DNA of 64,000 nt from Microthyrium microscopicum (Eukaryota): assembly GCA_010405405.1 (NCBI GenBank), contig MU004237.1:658191-722190 (forward strand), read 5' to 3'. Made by a program: the position numbers and the translations under genes. Below are positions 59,821 to 64,000 of this stretch, in pieces (positions within the stretch are counted from its first letter, which is position 1; every line of letters starts with the position of its first letter). The notes beneath the pieces were generated by a model that made no database searches, was not told the origin of the DNA, and saw only the letters and a list, made by a program, of their open reading frames with translations.

Positions 59821-62800
59821 ATGGCGGGTATTGTACCAATCCCTGAGCCTCCGGCGCTCCCATTCTTGGGGAACATCACAGACATCGACCAGGAGTTTCC
59901 ATTGGGATCTTTCATCAGAATGGCAGATACATATGGTAACGATTATCAATGGTTCTTTTCTGATTCCAACTAATGTTCGAGGTAGGAGAGATCTACAAGC
60001 TCCACCTGGGCTCTCGATCCATCGTCGTGATATCCTCTCAAGCACTGCTGAATGAAGTTTGCAACGAGAAGCGGTTTAGCAAGAAAGTTTCCGCAGCTCT
60101 ATCGGTTCGTAGGCTCTCAGATAGCTTTGAACAATTGCCTAACAAGGTGCTGTTAGGAAATCAGAAATGGCGTTCACGATGGTTTATTTACAGTATGTTC
60201 GACCTTGGCCATTTTCTACCATTTGTACTGACCGTTTCAGGCCACAGGACCAGAGGAACCAAATTGGGGAAAAGCTCATCGAGTGCTTGTTCCTGCTTTT
60301 GGTCCGATGCCAATTCACGATATGTTCGACGAGATGCATGATATTGCAAGCCAGCTCGCTCTAAAGTGGGCGCGTCATGGACCATCCCATCAAATTCAAG
60401 TGACAGACGACTTCACTCGTCTTACTTTGGATACACTTGCACTGTGTGCCATGGACTTTCGTTTCAATTCATTCTACTCTGAAGAACTTCATCCATTTAT
60501 CGAGGCCATGGGAGACTTTCTAGTAGAATCGGGGCAAAGGTCAAGACGTACACTACCTGCATTTTGGTATCGGAAGAAGGATCAAAAGTTTCAAGCGGAT
60601 ATCGATATCTTGCGAAAAACTAGCGACGACGTCTTGAAAGAACGGAAAGCAAACCCCAGCGATCGCAAAGATTTGCTTGGTGCCATGCTCAAAGGCAAAG
60701 ATCCGAAGACTGGTGAGGGGCTGAGTGACTCCAGCATCACGGACAACTTGATCACTTTCCTCATCGCCGGCCATGAAACTACCTCTGGCTTGCTATCATT
60801 CGTGTTCTACCAGCTCCTCAAGCACCCAGAAACTTATCAGCAAGCGCAAAAGGAGATCGACGAAGTCATCGGCACTGGACCCATCAAAATCGAACACATG
60901 TCCAAACTCCCATACATCAACGCCGTTCTTCGCGAAACTTTGCGTCTCTGCGCAACTATCCCTATCATTGCCTTACAAGCCAATGAAGATACTGTAATCG
61001 GCGGCAAATATGCCATCAAAGGAGGCGAACCAATCCTCTGCCTGCTCGCGAAAGTCCATCTGGACCCTGCTGTCTACGGTGAGGACGCCAATGAGTTCGT
61101 TCCCGAACGCATGCTTGACGAGAACTTTGATCGCCTCAACAAAGAATTCCCAAACTCATGGAAGCCTTTCGGCAATGGAGCACGAGGCTGCATTGGGCGT
61201 CCTTTTGCGTGGCAAGAAGCCCTCCTAGTCATGGCATTACTCATGCAAAACTTCAACTTTACTATGGACGATCCGTCGTACCATCTCAGTTATAAACAGA
61301 CGTTGACTATTAAGCCTAAGGGCTTTCACATGAGAGCGAGCTTACGACGGGATATGATCGCCACACAACTTGAGCGCAACCTCATGACATCTATCGACAC
61401 TTCGGCTACAAAGAAGCGGCCAGCGACTTCCAATGTTGGCCCCAGCAAGGTGGCTAAAGCAACGGGCAAACCTATGAGAATCTTCTATGGCTCTAATTCA
61501 GGAACTTGCGAGTCTTTAGCTCAGCGACTTGCCACCGATGCTTCTCGGCACGGTTTCCTGGCCTCTACAGTTGATGCTTTGGATACTCTTAATGGGAAGC
61601 TGCCAACAGGTCAGCCTGTAGTCATCATTACTGCATCTTACGAGGGCCAACCACCGGATAACGCAGCTCATTTCGTGGCTTCGTTGGAAAACCTGAAGGG
61701 CGAAGAATTGAAAGGAATAGATTACGCCGTGTTTGGATGTGGTGAGTCTCCCTTTTCCTCCTTATGAATTCGAGCTAATGGATCAGGTCATCATGACTGG
61801 GCCCAGACTTTTCATCGGATACCAAAGCTCGTCAACGAGAAGATGGCGGCCCATGGAGCTTCACGAATTGCAGAGCTAGGTCTCTCTGATGCTGCAAAGG
61901 GAGACATGTTTACTGACTTTGAAACCTGGGAAGATCAACTGCTTTGGCCTGCCATGATCAAGAAGTATGAGATTGATGAGACCAGTCTTGATGAAGGTTT
62001 TGAGTCAGCGCTCACAGTCGATGTCTTGACTCCAAGGTCCTCCACTCTTCGCCAGGACGTGAAAGAGGCTGTTGTGGTTGCAGTCAAAGATCTCACTGCT
62101 CCAAGCGAACCAGCAAAGAAACACGTCGAGATCAAACTGCCCAGTGACTCGACTTACGAAGCTGGTGACTATCTCGCAATACTTCCAATCAATCCCAAAG
62201 AAGTGGTTCAAAGAGCTATGAGAAAATTTGAGCTTGCTTGGGACTCGCATCTCTCCATTGAAGCAGTTGGCCCAACTCTACTCCCAACTGACTCCACCAC
62301 TCCAGCTTCCGACGTATTCGGTGCATATGTGGAACTCGCTCAGCCTGCAACCAAACGAGTAAGCACCACTCACTCACGTCTGTGATTCTTGCAGTATTAA
62401 CATCACATAGAATATTCTTGCCTTGATACCATGCACCAACGACCCAACGACGAAGACCAAACTTCAAAACCTCGCCGACGCAGCCTACGCCACTGAAATC
62501 AGCGCGAAACGCGTCTCTCTGCTCGATCTTCTTGACACATTTCCCACCATTTCCCTTCCTCTCGCCTCCTTCCTCTCCATGCTGCCACCCATGCGCATAC
62601 GCCAATATTCCATTTCTTCCAGTCCGCTTTGGAATCCGCGCCACGTCACTCTCACGTATGCTGTCCTAGATGCACCTTCCCTCGCAGATCCCGCTGGTCA
62701 CCGCCATGTAGGCGTTGCATCAAACTATCTGGCCGGACTAGCACCAGGCGACAAACTTCACGTGGCAGTGCGCAAGAGCAATGCAGCCTTCCACCTGCCC

Positions 62801-63307
62801 CATGATGCAGAGCATATGCCACTACTCCTCGTTGCCGCAGGCACAGGCATCGCACCCTTCCGCGGCTTCATCCAAGAGCGTGCAGCACAAGTCGGCGCCG
62901 GACGCGCTCTTGCGCCAGCTGTGCTGTGGTTTGGGTGCCGAGCGCCCGGTGCCGATGACTTGTATGCGGAAGAATTGGCACGCTGGGAGAAAATGGGCGC
63001 GATTGAAGTCAGGCGGGCCTATTCACGAGAGCCAGAAAAGAGTGATGGCTGCAAGTATGTGCAGGATCGCCTGTGGGCAGACCGCGAGCGAGTAGCGCAG
63101 ATGTGGAAGGAAGGAGGTCGAGTATTTGTATGTGGCAGTAGAGAGGTTGGTGAGGCGGTGGGAGATGTGGCGAGGAAGATTATGATGGAGACCGTTAGGG
63201 AGAAGGAGATTGAGGAGACAGGGGCTAGTGATATCAATGAAGAGAGGGCGAAGAAGTGGTTTGAGAGCGTAAGGAATGTGCGATATGCTACAGATGTTTT
63301 TGTTTGA
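59821..63307 (+). CDS. CYP505: Self-sufficient cytochrome P450 / NADPH-P450 reductase fusion (CYP505, P450foxy type)
   Basis: FLIAGHETTSG, ETLR, PFGNGARGCIG heme motif; flavodoxin YGSNSGTCE; FAD/NADPH motifs RQYSISSS, GVASNYL, AGTGIAPFRGF; ends ATDVFV. Confidence 0.95.
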
Positions 63308-63756
63308 GAGAGTAGTCTCAAGGCAGTTTGATGATATCCTACGAATTATGGCAGACTATCGAGATAATGACCTATATTTTCTTGATTATCAGATTTATGG
63401 CTCTAATTGACTCCAATGCCTTGTCGTATTATGTGCATATTTTCAGGCGCAATGAATTATTGTCGCACCATAATTCCTTTCTAGGTAGTTAGCTTCTTTA
63501 TACAGATCCGGATTTGCGCCTAGAAACTAAACCATGCCGTAATAGTAATTCGTATTCAAAGGTGGCAGTGCTGCATCTTGCACCGCTTAAATTACCGTTC
63601 CTGGATGTAGATCAACTGCACTTCATAACTTCAACCTCGACTCCAAACCGTTTTTTAACCAACAACCATAACTCCCACCTGACTGACTCGAAAACTCAAG
63701 GACTACACTTGAATAAACAACCCGTCAAACACAACACGAGTGCCCAGACCAAAACA

Positions 63757-64000
63757 ATGGCGCCAGCACGCGCGGATCGCAAAAACAAAGGGGGGATGTT
63801 TGACTCCGTCAAGGAAGTTGTCCGCGCGGACCTCGAGTTATTCCATATTGGAGCTACGATTTCCTTGAGACCTATAGGACTGCCTCAGAAGAAGACAGCA
63901 GAAGAGCGCGCTCAAGAGAAGGCGCACAAGGCCAGAATTGCCAATGGCGCGAAAAGGGGCTTCGGACTCTTCAAGTCGCGCAAGGACGCTCCGGCAACAA
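63757..64000 (+). CDS. Hypothetical protein, N-terminal part (runs off window end)
   Basis: ATG in ACAATGG context after a C/A-rich leader; frame stays open to the window end (MAPARADRKNKGGMFDSVKEVV...). Confidence 0.5.
   Translation, partial: MAPARADRKNKGGMFDSVKEVVRADLELFHIGATISLRPIGLPQKKTAEERAQEKAHKARIANGAKRGFGLFKSRKDAPAT

Overview
Eukaryotic DNA from a filamentous ascomycete (Pezizomycotina): short GT-AG introns with CTAAC-type branch points and a RIP-mutated transposon. About 27 protein-coding loci are supported. Conserved housekeeping or metabolic genes: acyl-CoA dehydrogenase (partial), CorA-like membrane protein, mitochondrial uL2m, carnitine acetyltransferase, bZIP/DUF3425 and Zn2Cys6 transcription factors, GH32 fructofuranosidase, WBP4-like zinc finger, stomatin-like protein, PNPOx-family protein, KCS1, ORC6, prefoldin 5, TMA20, glutaredoxin-like protein, VPS37-like protein, pyridoxal-reductase-type AKR and a CYP505 P450-reductase fusion. 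The accessory-looking content is more unusual. (i) At 4.5-16.5 kb, three tandem, strongly diverged J-domain paralogues share an intron position and an unnamed C-terminal helical motif. One has an internal stop, and the array sits with a TA-flanked MITE and a 3.1-kb RIP-destroyed Mutator-like element that still has perfect 87-bp TIRs and a 9-bp TSD. (ii) At 46.4-52.5 kb there are three tandem BTB-domain paralogues. (iii) A phenylalanine ammonia-lyase gene has a one-base frameshift and atypical substrate-switch residues. (iv) A secreted S10 carboxypeptidase homologue has lost both its catalytic Ser and His (pseudoenzyme candidate). All calls were made by eye without database searches, so some exon boundaries are approximate.
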